Assembly: GCA_008933805.1 (NCBI GenBank)
Contig: WBUH01000002.1
Span: forward strand, 314,696 to 378,695
DNA from: Bacteroidota bacterium
GTDB taxonomy: Bacteria; Bacteroidota; Bacteroidia; UBA8524
Reading direction: 5' to 3'
DNA: 64,000 bases
Part shown: positions 51,401 to 61,385 of the stretch, in pieces
Numbering within the stretch: the stretch's first letter is position 1
Layout: every line of letters starts with the position of its first letter
Program-made: the position numbers and the translations under genes
Notes under the pieces: generated by a model
The model's database searches: none
The model's input: only the letters and a program-made list of their open reading frames with translations
What the model was told of the DNA's origin: nothing

Positions 51401-51664
51401 TTCTATCTGTCCATCGGTTAGGAAGGGGTTTATAGTTTTTAAAGCTGTTTGCAGTTTGGGGAGCAATACTACTTGTGCAAACGATGTACGAAAACTTTGT
51501 TGCGGAGTTTGCTGGTTTTTAAGCTCAATTACTTGGTTGTGTCCTGCATTCCAACCAAGGCTGATAAGTTGCTCTAAAAATGGTTTTTCAACAAAGTTGT
51601 ATTCATCAAGCTTTAGGCTGTTGCCTAAATTGCCGTTATATTTGTCATCGTTGCTTAGTATCAT
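48464..51664 (-). CDS. hsdR: Type I restriction enzyme R subunit
   Basis: 1066 aa with an N-terminal HsdR_N/nuclease region and SF2 helicase motifs (TGSGKS, DEAH). Confidence 0.9.
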   Translation of the reverse strand: MILSNDDKYNGNLGNSLKLDEYNFVEKPFLEQLISLGWNAGHNQVIELKNQQTPQQSFRTSFAQVVLLPKLQTALKTINPFLTDGQIEEVIRKITTFPKNSLIENNQQVLHYLLENTTVSRNEQTGEPSPTVRFIDFENPQNNIFTAISQFKVKVTGTDHHILPDIVLFINGLPVVVVEAKSSKVKEPIPEAIDQLLRYSEERGYNGEGNKELFFYNQFIITTCRTEAKFGTITTNIEKHFYRWTDPYPKSLNDLEHGKSSPNDQQRLVAGMLDLRNLLDIIQVFTVFQINDKGQKIKVVGRYQQFRAVKIATKRLLEGKNPLERGGIIWHTQGSGKSLTMMFLVREMRLKPKLQSWKIVFVTDRTQLEEQLTDTGQSIGFTIKVAHFINKKNVPDGKSLKELLSNDNSDLVMAMIHKFQENGDDLEGLQLFPELNNNSNILIMTDEAHRSQYSLLAANLDKALPNATSIGFTGTPTGKTEKKYKDYIDKYTMRQAIDDGVTLEIIYQGFTHNAEIPDKKGMDKKFEDVFSEYELIERLQILGFGSRDAYLEAAETIKEKANSMVNHYVEQIFTGGFKAQIVANSREAAVRYKSAIEDALKEKISSLEANNPLMVDISLLKELETAVIISGSHNDAPHIKQYTNSGYHKKSIKRFKLPFSQADDEDATIIGNVGIIIVNNMLLTGFDAPIEQVMYLDRVIIEHNLLQTIARVNRIGSEGKNKGFIVDFVGIGHHLKRALDTYAEKEIQEIIDCISNDETELNELIQAHKDIWEFLKKQGLEDLADADAFFDVFYDEDIRFEYIKLYRKLTTCFNNVIPRKEALDFFNDWKAFTEINELANKHFRDKRFSMKGIPPKLRSIADEYLKSKGIEQTVAPISIIADDFQKGVNTKKREKTKAAEVEHAIRHYIDINIDEDPELFASFSEALEKILENFKGNWKAIYEELEKLREKIKNREKEETFGLDRKKQMPFFRIFKAELFDNRTLTEEEIALTVNLTQHIVNLVVTEIKLTGFWDSPPAQLKLKEFLQKCILSPDFKAIPNIITKRHELISRIMELAKTNHFKIID

Positions 51665-54600
51665 GCTTTAAACACCTTATTAATAATCTCGTCTATTTCC
51701 TTTATTGAAATAGCCCCCCTTATACTTCCATCTTCTAGTTTACTTGGTTTATCCTCTGTTATGATAAGAGTACCATTTGTGCCACCACCATCTTGAAAAG
51801 GAAGAATTTTATTTTCAATATACCAATTGTATTTCTCATTCCATCGTTGTTGGTACTCGGTGTTGTGAAGCATGCCGCAATGCTCCCAGTAAAATACTTC
51901 ACCTGTGTTGTCGTTTTCAATTGTAAAATCAGGTAGTCTTTCTACTTCTTTTATTGTGAGTTTCTTTTCATATAGCGGAGATAGATTTTTATCAATAAGC
52001 CGTTGGTATATTAATAATTCACTTTTTGACCTAAGCATTTTCCCATCACTTGCTTGGTGAATTAAGTTTTTCTCTAAGTATTCGCCTTCTACTTCTACCA
52101 ATTCAGGTTTTATAAAAAGATTGGTCATTCTTTTAAGCGCGTCTGATTTTAATGGTGAAGCCAAGCCTTTAATATCAAAAACATCGCCCTGAATTAGCAA
52201 AATTACCTTTTCTTTTTGACGGGTTAGAGCTGTATAAAGCATCTCGCGTGAAAGCAAAAAACAAGGATTAGGAACTACTATAAAAACTTTTCCAAACTCA
52301 CTACCCTGTGCTTTATGCACGGTAAGTGCGTAAGCTAACTCTAATGGCACATTACCTTCTTCGGAAAACTCCCAAGATTTGAAGGTGTATTTAAACCCTT
52401 TTTGAGATGTAAATTCGATTTCAGTGTTTTGTGGACGGCCTGTGAAAGTATGATAAGCTTGCTTGAATTGACCTATTACCATCCCTATTTCACCATTGGC
52501 TATATAGTTCATTGAACCTTCGGGATAAACTTCTTTTCTACGTGAGTTAATTAGATTAATAACTTTATCACCATAAACAATTTGCTCCAGTCCAATAGGT
52601 GCAGGTGTTTTTCCATTTCTAATTTTTGCGAAATCAAGATTGTCTTTTCTAAATAGCTTATGAATTTTCCTATTAATCGCTCTTACACCAAACTCTTTTT
52701 CTCTAATAGGGGATAATATTTGCCAAGATTCAACTTTCTCAACTGCTTCTCTAAAATTAAAAAACCCATAGTCATTAGCTCCCAGTGATTTGTTAAAGGT
52801 ATCAACATCTTCTATAGATTCCATTTTAAGCTCATCAACCAGCACTTTTTTAAACAATTGCTCAAATTCAGCTTCGTTTTTCCAATGCTCTATGCGTAAA
52901 CGTGTTGAATTTGGTGTTGTTATGATATGATTAATGACGTTATCCGCCCCCGGTTCAAGTGTTTCACCGCTAAACCATTCTGCCAGTTGTAAATCTTCGC
53001 CTTTTGAGTTTGATTGCCTTCTATTAATCGTGAGCTCCGTATAACCTTTCCCAACTCTTGGGAAGGTTGTTTCAATTCCATCGGGTTTAAGGTGGTGGAT
53101 GATGTCTAGAAATGGACGACCAGCCCCTATGGGCGGCAATTGGCGATGGTCTCCTACTAAAATAAAACGTTTTACTCCTTTTAAACAATCAAGGGTGGTT
53201 GCCAGCATTTCTTCAGTAAGCATGGATGCTTCATCTAAGATAACTGTTTCATATTGGCCTTCGCAAAAGTTGCTAGAGAAAACATATTGTTGTGTTTCAC
53301 CAATATACCGGCCATAACCGGCAAGAAACTGGGCGATGGTTTTGGCAGTTACCCGTATGTTTTTTGCAACTTCTTCCATACGTACCCGTGCTTTTCCGGT
53401 GGGAGCAAGTAGTAACACTCCATTGTTTTCTACCTCTTTTTGACCTGCTAAGATGGTAAGTAAAGTGGTTTTACCTGTACCGGCCGGGCCAATTAAAACT
53501 GAAAACCTGCTTTCTGCAATTTCTTTTAATACAGCGACTTTTTCGTCACGGGCACTTATTTCAAGGCTATCAGGAGTTCCTTCGGTATGTTTTTTAAGTT
53601 CATTAGCAAGCAAACCTTTCCAATCTGCCTGTAGTTCGAGCCTTTTTGCATTAACCCGTTCATCAACCTTTTGGCTAATAATTTGGCGAGTGTTAGCAAA
53701 ACGTGAGAGTTGATAAGCCCGCTCGCCATCTTTCATCTCTTCTAACGCAACCCCATTGGTAAAGTAATCTTCGGCCAAATCAAAATAGTCACTATTAATA
53801 TTACAAGAAGGAATTATGGCAAGGTTGCGTATTTGGGTAATAAGTTGTTTGCGAGGTAAAAGAGTGTGCCCTTGTAATGCAGCAATTTCTAATTGCCAAA
53901 TAGTTAAGGCACGAACACGGTTATTATCAAATGGGTCATTAAGTACTAATTGGTCAGGCAACAAGGTATCGGGCACATGTTTTAAATACAACCCAAGGTC
54001 TATGGTACTTAATGCAACAGGTGTGGTAGTGAAACGTAAATCTTCATAAATGAGGTAGGGATTTTGTAAATATTCTTCATCCCTGCGGTTAATACCAATA
54101 CGTTCTCTTTCCTCTGTTACAAAAAGAAATTTAGCTTGGTCAATACTTAAATCGAAACGGCTGAGTAGATGCAAAATGTTAATACGGGTAGGGTTAGCCT
54201 TCTCTTTTAAGCGTTGATAGGATTTTCTTGAGGAGAAAGGAATTAATGCTGCTATATCATCGGATAAAATTCCTTGGTGATTTTCTATGGCCTGTTCAAA
54301 AAGATGCCAAGGATTTTCATTATCGCTTTTTAGCCGGTTAATAATTTCGGCGGCTACAAAATGGCCTTTTTCAACGCCAAAGGCGCACAAGGCCGAACCC
54401 ATACCCGGATATGCGCCACGTAATTTTTCTAATTGGGCAATTTCATCATGAATCCATTGAATACTGGCTTGATGGTTTGTACCAATACCTAATTCTTCTG
54501 CCTTTTCTAATGATTTAACACACTCTAACAATACCCTGATGGCGCTATCGTTACTTACGTGTTCTGCTGCATACGAAAACTCAAAACGTTTGTCGTTTGG

Positions 54601-55404
54601 AACTATAACGGCCAATTCAGCAATATCAAAATCAGGGTGCGTTTCTTGATATGTTATGGCATCGTGATAAGGCAGCAGGAACCCATTTTTACCATCTTGG
54701 CGAATGGTGTGCATTACCATATGTTCCCAGTAGGCTGCCCCAAAACGGTTGTTACTGCCATCGTAGGCTTCTGAAGGAATAATCTTATTAATTTTACCAA
54801 CGCCGGCAATTACCCGCCCCGATTCTTCAACAAAGGGAACTTGCTTTGCATAAAAAAACACCAAAGAGGTTTCTTCTTTCAGGTGTTCAAAAAAGCAGTT
54901 TAGCAATGCCTTTTGATTGTTTATTTCTTGCACCCAACTATCGTTGCCGTTTTTTGCCCAATCAAGATGCGGCTCACGGGCTTCGTCAAAGTTTAGTGAA
55001 AAGAGTTCGGTTTTGTCTTTTGCATTTTCTTTCAGCATCCAGTGATAGGGTACTGCTGCGGCAGAAAATGCCGGGAACTGAACTTGTGTTGGCTTCAAAT
55101 GCCCGTGTGTGCCGGGCGAGCTTTCTATATACGGGTGAGATAATGTTTTATAGAATGGGAAGGGTGCCATAAAGGTAGCCCGCTCACCCCAGCATGGGGG
55201 GAGCTGAGCTTCGTTTAAATCTTTAAAAGAACTGCCGGCTAATTCCTGCTCTTGTTCATCGTTACGATTTAGGGCACAGTTTTTTAAAATAAGGCAAGCA
55301 CCATTGGCTTTTGGGTTGCTGCAAATGGTGCCGTTCCATGCGTTATCGTGCCAAGGCACACGCACAGACAGATGTTTTAATTGATAGCGAGGATTGTGTT
55401 TCAT
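51661..55404 (-). CDS. large helicase-nuclease fusion embedded in the Type I R-M operon (unknown N-terminal ~620-aa region + SF1 RecD-like helicase + C-terminal Vsr/DUF559-like PD-(D/E)xK domain)
   Basis: Walker A LIGPAGTGKTT, Walker B ILDEASM, the VGDHRQLPPIG motif and a C-terminal UvrD_C_2 (TVHKAQGSEF). The C-terminus has PDF...GEVFYWEHCG, resembling Vsr/DUF559. Overlaps hsdR by 4 nt and lies 24 bp from hsdS. Confidence 0.65.
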   Translation of the reverse strand: MKHNPRYQLKHLSVRVPWHDNAWNGTICSNPKANGACLILKNCALNRNDEQEQELAGSSFKDLNEAQLPPCWGERATFMAPFPFYKTLSHPYIESSPGTHGHLKPTQVQFPAFSAAAVPYHWMLKENAKDKTELFSLNFDEAREPHLDWAKNGNDSWVQEINNQKALLNCFFEHLKEETSLVFFYAKQVPFVEESGRVIAGVGKINKIIPSEAYDGSNNRFGAAYWEHMVMHTIRQDGKNGFLLPYHDAITYQETHPDFDIAELAVIVPNDKRFEFSYAAEHVSNDSAIRVLLECVKSLEKAEELGIGTNHQASIQWIHDEIAQLEKLRGAYPGMGSALCAFGVEKGHFVAAEIINRLKSDNENPWHLFEQAIENHQGILSDDIAALIPFSSRKSYQRLKEKANPTRINILHLLSRFDLSIDQAKFLFVTEERERIGINRRDEEYLQNPYLIYEDLRFTTTPVALSTIDLGLYLKHVPDTLLPDQLVLNDPFDNNRVRALTIWQLEIAALQGHTLLPRKQLITQIRNLAIIPSCNINSDYFDLAEDYFTNGVALEEMKDGERAYQLSRFANTRQIISQKVDERVNAKRLELQADWKGLLANELKKHTEGTPDSLEISARDEKVAVLKEIAESRFSVLIGPAGTGKTTLLTILAGQKEVENNGVLLLAPTGKARVRMEEVAKNIRVTAKTIAQFLAGYGRYIGETQQYVFSSNFCEGQYETVILDEASMLTEEMLATTLDCLKGVKRFILVGDHRQLPPIGAGRPFLDIIHHLKPDGIETTFPRVGKGYTELTINRRQSNSKGEDLQLAEWFSGETLEPGADNVINHIITTPNSTRLRIEHWKNEAEFEQLFKKVLVDELKMESIEDVDTFNKSLGANDYGFFNFREAVEKVESWQILSPIREKEFGVRAINRKIHKLFRKDNLDFAKIRNGKTPAPIGLEQIVYGDKVINLINSRRKEVYPEGSMNYIANGEIGMVIGQFKQAYHTFTGRPQNTEIEFTSQKGFKYTFKSWEFSEEGNVPLELAYALTVHKAQGSEFGKVFIVVPNPCFLLSREMLYTALTRQKEKVILLIQGDVFDIKGLASPLKSDALKRMTNLFIKPELVEVEGEYLEKNLIHQASDGKMLRSKSELLIYQRLIDKNLSPLYEKKLTIKEVERLPDFTIENDNTGEVFYWEHCGMLHNTEYQQRWNEKYNWYIENKILPFQDGGGTNGTLIITEDKPSKLEDGSIRGAISIKEIDEIINKVFKA

Positions 55405-55427
55405 GCAGTTGATTTTTTTAATACAAT

Positions 55428-56669
55428 TTATATATTTACCCTTACTTTACCGCTTAATAAATCTTGCATTAAGCCTGTTTTAAGGGATTGGAGTTTAATC
55501 GAATGAGTATTTTGTGTATTTATTAAAAAAATTATTTGTTCAATTTTTTTAATAATTAATTCTTGTTCTAATATACCTTTAGGTACTAAAATAGGTAAAT
55601 TTAAAAGACTTTCTTTATTTAATTTAAATCTACCGGCACCTTGGCGAGTTAGGTGGAAAATTATATCCCGATGTAAAAAAAAATAATGAATCCATTTTGT
55701 GATACACTTATGAGTCCCTTTTAAGATATGTGCATGATTACTTACATTGAATCTTCCCGATGCAAGAATAGTTTGTGCGTGATTTTTCCATTTTAAAAAA
55801 TGGTCTCCGTCTTCGCCAATTAATACAAATGTACCTTCAACCCTGAATGTGTTTATTTTATCTATTATACCTGTTGCTCCATAATAAGGATATGTACCAA
55901 TTATTTTCTCCCTTTCAATGGCAGAAATTGGTTTTCTCAAATTGTTATACAACTCAATACAACTTTTAAGAGGAAAACACTCCCATTCCTTCGGAATCCT
56001 GCCCAGCGGACTGTCTTTAAATTCGTGCGTTTCTTCGCTGCGTATGTTACCGTTTTCGTCTATACCTTTGGTAAGCAGGTCTTGCATCAGGCCTGTTTTT
56101 ACGCGGTTGTATTTGGCTATAAGGGCTTGGGTTTGGGTTATGGCTTCATCCACCTTGCTAAGAATAGCGGCAATGGCTTGTTGCTCAGTTGTGGATTTCG
56201 GGATGGTGAATTCTAACTCTTTTACAATTTTTGCGTTTAAATTACTCTGAGTTGTGTGGGCAGAATGAGCAATAATTGTATTCCTTTTTTCAAGCAATAA
56301 ATAGTATAAAAACTCAAGAGTAATCTTCTTTTCATTGGGAATAATATTAAGTATTGCTTGGTTAGTTGCTAATTCTATTAAATTTATTCTTGGAACTCCA
56401 AGTGTAGCATATATTGAATACAATATTGAATATTCAGGAACTAACCATGCGGACGAACTGTTAAGACCTTCTATGGTTATTTGTTTAATTGTTTGTGATA
56501 CGTATTTATTGGTATTAGTTAAATCTTCGATAGAAGCAAACGGAATGTTCCCATCATAATAAAATGGATTATCGCTTTTTGGAGTGCCTCCTGAACGCAT
56601 TTTCAAAACAAGTTCAATAAACTGTTTCTTATTCCACCCATAAGGAATATTCACTTTGTTTTCTTCCAT
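55428..56669 (-). CDS. hsdS: Type I restriction-modification specificity subunit
   Basis: 413 aa with two TRDs separated and flanked by conserved coiled-coil spacers (TGLMQDLL repeated). Confidence 0.85.
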   Translation of the reverse strand: MEENKVNIPYGWNKKQFIELVLKMRSGGTPKSDNPFYYDGNIPFASIEDLTNTNKYVSQTIKQITIEGLNSSSAWLVPEYSILYSIYATLGVPRINLIELATNQAILNIIPNEKKITLEFLYYLLLEKRNTIIAHSAHTTQSNLNAKIVKELEFTIPKSTTEQQAIAAILSKVDEAITQTQALIAKYNRVKTGLMQDLLTKGIDENGNIRSEETHEFKDSPLGRIPKEWECFPLKSCIELYNNLRKPISAIEREKIIGTYPYYGATGIIDKINTFRVEGTFVLIGEDGDHFLKWKNHAQTILASGRFNVSNHAHILKGTHKCITKWIHYFFLHRDIIFHLTRQGAGRFKLNKESLLNLPILVPKGILEQELIIKKIEQIIFLINTQNTHSIKLQSLKTGLMQDLLSGKVRVNI

Positions 56670-59560
56670 TAATTCAAATAATTTAATTGGGTAAGAAAAT
56701 CGTTTAGTTCTTTCATGGTTTCGTTGCGTTGTGCCTCTATACTTTGCGCAGAAACAAAGTATTTATCGTACAGGTTTTCGCAAGCGGCAATTAGTGCCCG
56801 TGTTTCAGTACTTAGGTAGCGTTGCAGTTGGTTGTTTATTATATCAAAGTGTTTTTTAAGTATCAGTTTTTTTGCATCATCATCGGTAATTATACCGCCT
56901 ATTTCCTCCAACAAAGCATCTAGTTTTTGCATGTGTTTTTGCAGCAGTTCTTTGTCTTTTAGGCGTGCGGTGTAGGCTTTGCTTATTTCTTTAAATTCTT
57001 TTTGGGCGTGTAGTACCTGTGCCAGTTTAAACAGGGTTTCGGCTGTGTTTTCGGTGTTTATTTTCAACTCTTTTTCAAGGGCTGTGGTACTTGCCTTTAT
57101 TTGTTCAAAACTGGCAGTTGTTTTTAAATCTGTTTTAAAGTGTGTTATCAGTCCGGCTATTTGGGCATCCAGTTTGTCAAGTTCAGTATTGGCAGTTTGC
57201 AGCAGTTTTTTGCTTTCTTCTTTTTCATCTTCGGTACCGTAGCGTTTTAGTATTAGTTTTAGTTGCAGTTCGGCCTGTTTTTGCTTAAGGGTGGCTTTTA
57301 TATCCTTTATGGCTTTTTCGGTAGCAGTTATTTTTTTCTCTGCTTCTTGGTAGGGCAGAGCTTCTTTTGGGGTTAGTTTCTCTTTTAGGTAGTAGGCTAT
57401 TTGCTTTTTCAGCTCTTCTTTTACTTTGGCGGTGGTAATGGTTTCGTCTTCTTCGGCTTCCAGTTCCAACAGGTTGGCGGTTTCTTCCACAGTTTCATCC
57501 AACAGGGTTTCTTTTTCAGCTTGTTGGTTTTCTAAGGCTTCAATCTCGGTTTGCTCTTTGGTAAAAAACTCTTCAATCAAATAGTTATCGGGTATAAGAC
57601 TGGGTTCCCATCCGTTTTGCATTATGGTTTTAAGGTCGTATTTTATATTGTCCCACCAGTTTACAAATACCCCTGCTATTTGGTACTTATCCAATACCCC
57701 TACGGCTTCAAACTTTTCTTTAATAGTTTCCAGCAGTTCTTTTCGCACTTTTGGCAGTTTATCACCGCCTGCGGTAACGTATGCTGCAATACTGTCTGAT
57801 ACTTGGTTTTCTTTAACTTTCTCTTTTTGCCCAGCCAGTTTAGAAAAATCTTCTTTGGCCAGTTGCCACCAATCTGCCAGGTGCAAGCCCAAGTGGGTTA
57901 GCGTATCAATAACATTTTTATCGTTATCTATATGGGCTTTTATCTGTGCTTTTTCGGTTATAGCAAACTCTTTGTAACCTTCGTTTTTATCTTTAAATAA
58001 TAGGTGTGCGTTGTAGCCAAATTTTTTGGCCTGCGTATTTTGTATAGTGTTAACTTCAGTAATGGGTATGCCACCTATAAGGTGTGCCTTCACATCTTCG
58101 GGTTCAGGCTCAGGAGTGTTATCTACATACCGTCTTATGTTTAGTGTGTAATCAAAGTCGGCTATGGTTGCTAAATCTACCAGTTTTGAGTACTTAGCCT
58201 CTTCTATTTTGTGGGTAAATACATAATCTATCTTTTCAATATCCTCGGGTCGCAGGTTGTTTTGCTTTTTGCCTTCGGCATATTCTTTATCGGCATTTAT
58301 AAAAAATACTTTGTTTTTTAGCTCATCGGGTTTGTTTTTGTTTAACACCATTATGCAGGCGGGTATGCCTGTACCATAAAACAACTGCGGGGGTAGGCTT
58401 ATAATGCCCTCTATTACATCGGCATTTAGCATGCCTTGGCGTATTTCTTTTTCTTTACCCCCTCTAAACAGCACGCCGTGGGGCATTACCACTACTACTT
58501 TACCTGTTTTTTTGCAACTGGCCAGCATGTGCTGCACAAACATTAAATCGCTTTTTTTGCTTGTTTCAGGAGCAAAACCATACGGGAAGCGAGCAAGGTA
58601 TTTCATTTCGCTGCGGTTATAGTTTTGCGAAAACGGCGGGTTGGCTATTACCCTGTCAAACTGCATTATTTGTCCGTTTTGCTCGTGCAATGGCTCTGTT
58701 AAAGTATCACCAAACTCAATACTATATTTAGTTATATTGTGCAGGATAATATTCATTTTGCAAATGGCAACAACGGTGGGGTCTAGCTCTTGCCCAAAAA
58801 GCTGTATGTTCTCTGCGTTTTGTCCTTGCTCTTCAACATATTGATACGATTGTATTAACATACCCCCCGAACCCGCTGTGGGGTCGTAAATTGTCATTCT
58901 TTCTTCGGGTTTAATTAATTGTACCAACAACCTAACCACCTGATAGGGGGTGTAAAACTGTCCTCCTTTTTTTCCGCTTTCATCCGCAAAATGTTTCAAC
59001 AAGTATTCATAGGCTGCACCCAATAAATCGGGAAATTCAAAGTTTTCATTTATAAGTGCCGGAAACTCGTTAAAGTGGTCAATCATATCCTTCAAGTCCT
59101 TGTTTTTCACAATAGCCTTGCCGTCAACATCTTTATTAAAGTTTACCCTACCTTTAAAAATACCTGTAAGTGTTTCAGGGTTTGCTTCTTCAATAGCATC
59201 CAGTGCTTTATTAAGCATTTGCCCGATATCATTTTGCAGGTGTTTTATAGGAGGGTGTTCGGTTCCGTTTTCATCAACAAAACCTTGATGCCATCGCGCC
59301 CTTAGGGGCACAAAAAAAGTACTGCCATAAGTAACTTTGTCTTCTAATACTTCGTTTAGGGTAGCTTCATCTAAATGAGAATAATCTTTTTTGCGTATTT
59401 GTTCTCGTTTTTGGTCAAACACATCCGACATACGTTTGAGAAACAACATGCCAAAAATAAATTCTTTGTATTCTGATGCATCCATTTTGCCGCGTAAAAT
59501 ATCAGCGGCTTTCATTAAGAAATTTTCTAGTTGGGTTAATTTTATCTTATCGTTCTTCAC
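56669..59560 (-). CDS. hsdM: Type I R-M N6-adenine DNA methyltransferase subunit with long C-terminal coiled-coil extension
   Basis: HsdM_N region, NPPF catalytic motif and AdoMet-binding motif. The 963-aa length includes a ~400-aa Lys/Glu-rich coiled-coil tail not usual for HsdM. Confidence 0.85.
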   Translation of the reverse strand: MKNDKIKLTQLENFLMKAADILRGKMDASEYKEFIFGMLFLKRMSDVFDQKREQIRKKDYSHLDEATLNEVLEDKVTYGSTFFVPLRARWHQGFVDENGTEHPPIKHLQNDIGQMLNKALDAIEEANPETLTGIFKGRVNFNKDVDGKAIVKNKDLKDMIDHFNEFPALINENFEFPDLLGAAYEYLLKHFADESGKKGGQFYTPYQVVRLLVQLIKPEERMTIYDPTAGSGGMLIQSYQYVEEQGQNAENIQLFGQELDPTVVAICKMNIILHNITKYSIEFGDTLTEPLHEQNGQIMQFDRVIANPPFSQNYNRSEMKYLARFPYGFAPETSKKSDLMFVQHMLASCKKTGKVVVVMPHGVLFRGGKEKEIRQGMLNADVIEGIISLPPQLFYGTGIPACIMVLNKNKPDELKNKVFFINADKEYAEGKKQNNLRPEDIEKIDYVFTHKIEEAKYSKLVDLATIADFDYTLNIRRYVDNTPEPEPEDVKAHLIGGIPITEVNTIQNTQAKKFGYNAHLLFKDKNEGYKEFAITEKAQIKAHIDNDKNVIDTLTHLGLHLADWWQLAKEDFSKLAGQKEKVKENQVSDSIAAYVTAGGDKLPKVRKELLETIKEKFEAVGVLDKYQIAGVFVNWWDNIKYDLKTIMQNGWEPSLIPDNYLIEEFFTKEQTEIEALENQQAEKETLLDETVEETANLLELEAEEDETITTAKVKEELKKQIAYYLKEKLTPKEALPYQEAEKKITATEKAIKDIKATLKQKQAELQLKLILKRYGTEDEKEESKKLLQTANTELDKLDAQIAGLITHFKTDLKTTASFEQIKASTTALEKELKINTENTAETLFKLAQVLHAQKEFKEISKAYTARLKDKELLQKHMQKLDALLEEIGGIITDDDAKKLILKKHFDIINNQLQRYLSTETRALIAACENLYDKYFVSAQSIEAQRNETMKELNDFLTQLNYLN

Positions 59561-59672
59561 TGTATGCTTTGTGTTTTAGCTTATTCCCTACGGTTACAAA
59601 GTTGTATGGAACTATGAGGGTAGGTTTTCGCTCCAAATTAAACCAAAAAATACAGCAAGAGGTAGTTTTTCT

Positions 59673-60629
59673 TCACCCCCACATCACAGGATAATCATTA
59701 TCAGTGAGTGCCCATCCTGCAACGGGGTCGGGTTTAATTAGCACATCGGCAAGGTCTGCACCCTGTTCCCGCATAGCGGGGGTAGCCCTTTTTTCTAAAT
59801 AGTCGGAAACCGAAATTTGAGTGCGCGGTATGAGTATGCCTGTGGCTTTTTGTTTCCACTTGTGATATTGGTTCACATCCGGAAACAGTACAATCCTTTT
59901 ACCCTTTAGGGGAGCAAACATTTCATTGTGCATGTTTTGTGCCCCACCTGTTGCCAGCCAGTTGAACGTAGGCATAAACACACTTGCTATAATAGCGGTT
60001 TTTTCGCTCTCAACAATGGCTATTGGTTTGTCAGGATAAGAGCTTATCAAATGCTCACCAAACAAACATTGTTTTAAGTTGAAATCAGGTTGTTTAATCA
60101 CACTATGCACCCACGTAATGTAGTTGTGTGGTTCTTTTACACGTTTACCCGTTGCGGGGTTGTACAGCATTATTTTACCTGTGTGTACATTTCCCTGTGC
60201 ATCTACCTGCCAAAATACGGTTGCACCCGGCCAATGTTTTGAGGTTCCTACGGGATATGTTTTTAGTAGCGTGTTGGTTATTTCAACCCCAAACAAGTTG
60301 TTCAGGTAAGTTGCAAAGTGGTTGCTTTGGTAGCTTTTAAGGCTGTTTGCAGCAATACAGGGGGCAATGTAGCTTGTAGTTTTGGATTGTGTTTTAGGCT
60401 TATGGCTAAAACGGTTAGGCGGTGGCAGGCTGCCGTTATCAGCAAAGTATTGTTTGGGGGTGTAGTGGTGGCCGCATTTATCTAAGCGGTTGCATTTTCC
60501 AACGTGGTGCGCAAGGGGTTCACCCGTTTCAATCTCTACATACAAAGTAAACTGGCGGGGCTTGCCGCAGGCAGGGCATTGGTGGCGACTGTGCGCGCCT
60601 TTATAGGGTTGCAATTGATAGCGGTGCAT
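59673..60629 (-). CDS. zinc-ribbon protein, possible primase-like (mobile-element replication)
   Basis: N-terminal C-x2-C...C-x4-C-x-HH zinc-binding cluster resembling a primase zinc finger, and a possible Toprim-like acidic stretch (VESEKTAIIAS). Low certainty. Confidence 0.4.
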   Translation of the reverse strand: MHRYQLQPYKGAHSRHQCPACGKPRQFTLYVEIETGEPLAHHVGKCNRLDKCGHHYTPKQYFADNGSLPPPNRFSHKPKTQSKTTSYIAPCIAANSLKSYQSNHFATYLNNLFGVEITNTLLKTYPVGTSKHWPGATVFWQVDAQGNVHTGKIMLYNPATGKRVKEPHNYITWVHSVIKQPDFNLKQCLFGEHLISSYPDKPIAIVESEKTAIIASVFMPTFNWLATGGAQNMHNEMFAPLKGKRIVLFPDVNQYHKWKQKATGILIPRTQISVSDYLEKRATPAMREQGADLADVLIKPDPVAGWALTDNDYPVMWG

Positions 60630-61196
60630 TTTATTTGATAGTTGGGTGATAGGTGTTCACGGTGATATACACCACTGAATGTGAACGGCGTGAACAAAAT
60701 AGTACTGTTTATTTTAACCGGTTGTTATTGTATCATTAAACGCGACGTAATTAATGCGTATATCTTTTGTTTGATTGAGGATGCTTTTGTTCTCGATTTG
60801 CCAAAATTATTTCTTCCTGATAAACAATAACTTATGATTCTTTAATGACGATTGTTGCAAAAACGGTCAGCTTAAACTTGACAAAAGTCTATTAACAAAG
60901 TATAGTCTATAAATGGTCGTTACCTATAAAGTCGAAGGTGTATTGAAGCTTGGAGCTTCAACCTTCAAAAAGGGTTGGGAACTGATTAAACTGCTGTTCC
61001 CTTACTTCGTCCTCTTCCGGCTGGCGTAATGCCATACTTTTATCGGGAAAAGTCTTAAAACTGATGGCCACAGTTTTGGGACTTTTTTCTTTTTAATGCA
61101 ACGTATTGTCATTCTAACTGTAGGGAAGAATCTTATTGGTAATGTGTAAATAGGTTATATTAAACACAATTGAAATAAAATGGTGTGCGGCGGCCA

Positions 61197-61283
61197 GTCA
61201 TTCCCATTTAAAATGGGAATCTGTGAGGTGGACATTCTTAAAATTAGTCTTGCGCACAGAATCCCTCCTTCGAGGGAATGACG
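61197..61283. repeat. GTCAT-hairpin REP-like elements (two)
   Basis: 61197-61232 is near-identical to 41177-41215. 61259-61283 is gaatccctccttcgagggaatgacg of the same family in opposite orientation. Confidence 0.6.
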
Positions 61284-61385
61284 TTCCCAACTCACTCAAT
61301 ATGGAAGCGTAGTAATTGTTTTTACATTACCCGTTCATGTGTTCACAATGTTCACGTTCAGCAGTGTAAGTGCTTGTGAGCGCTT

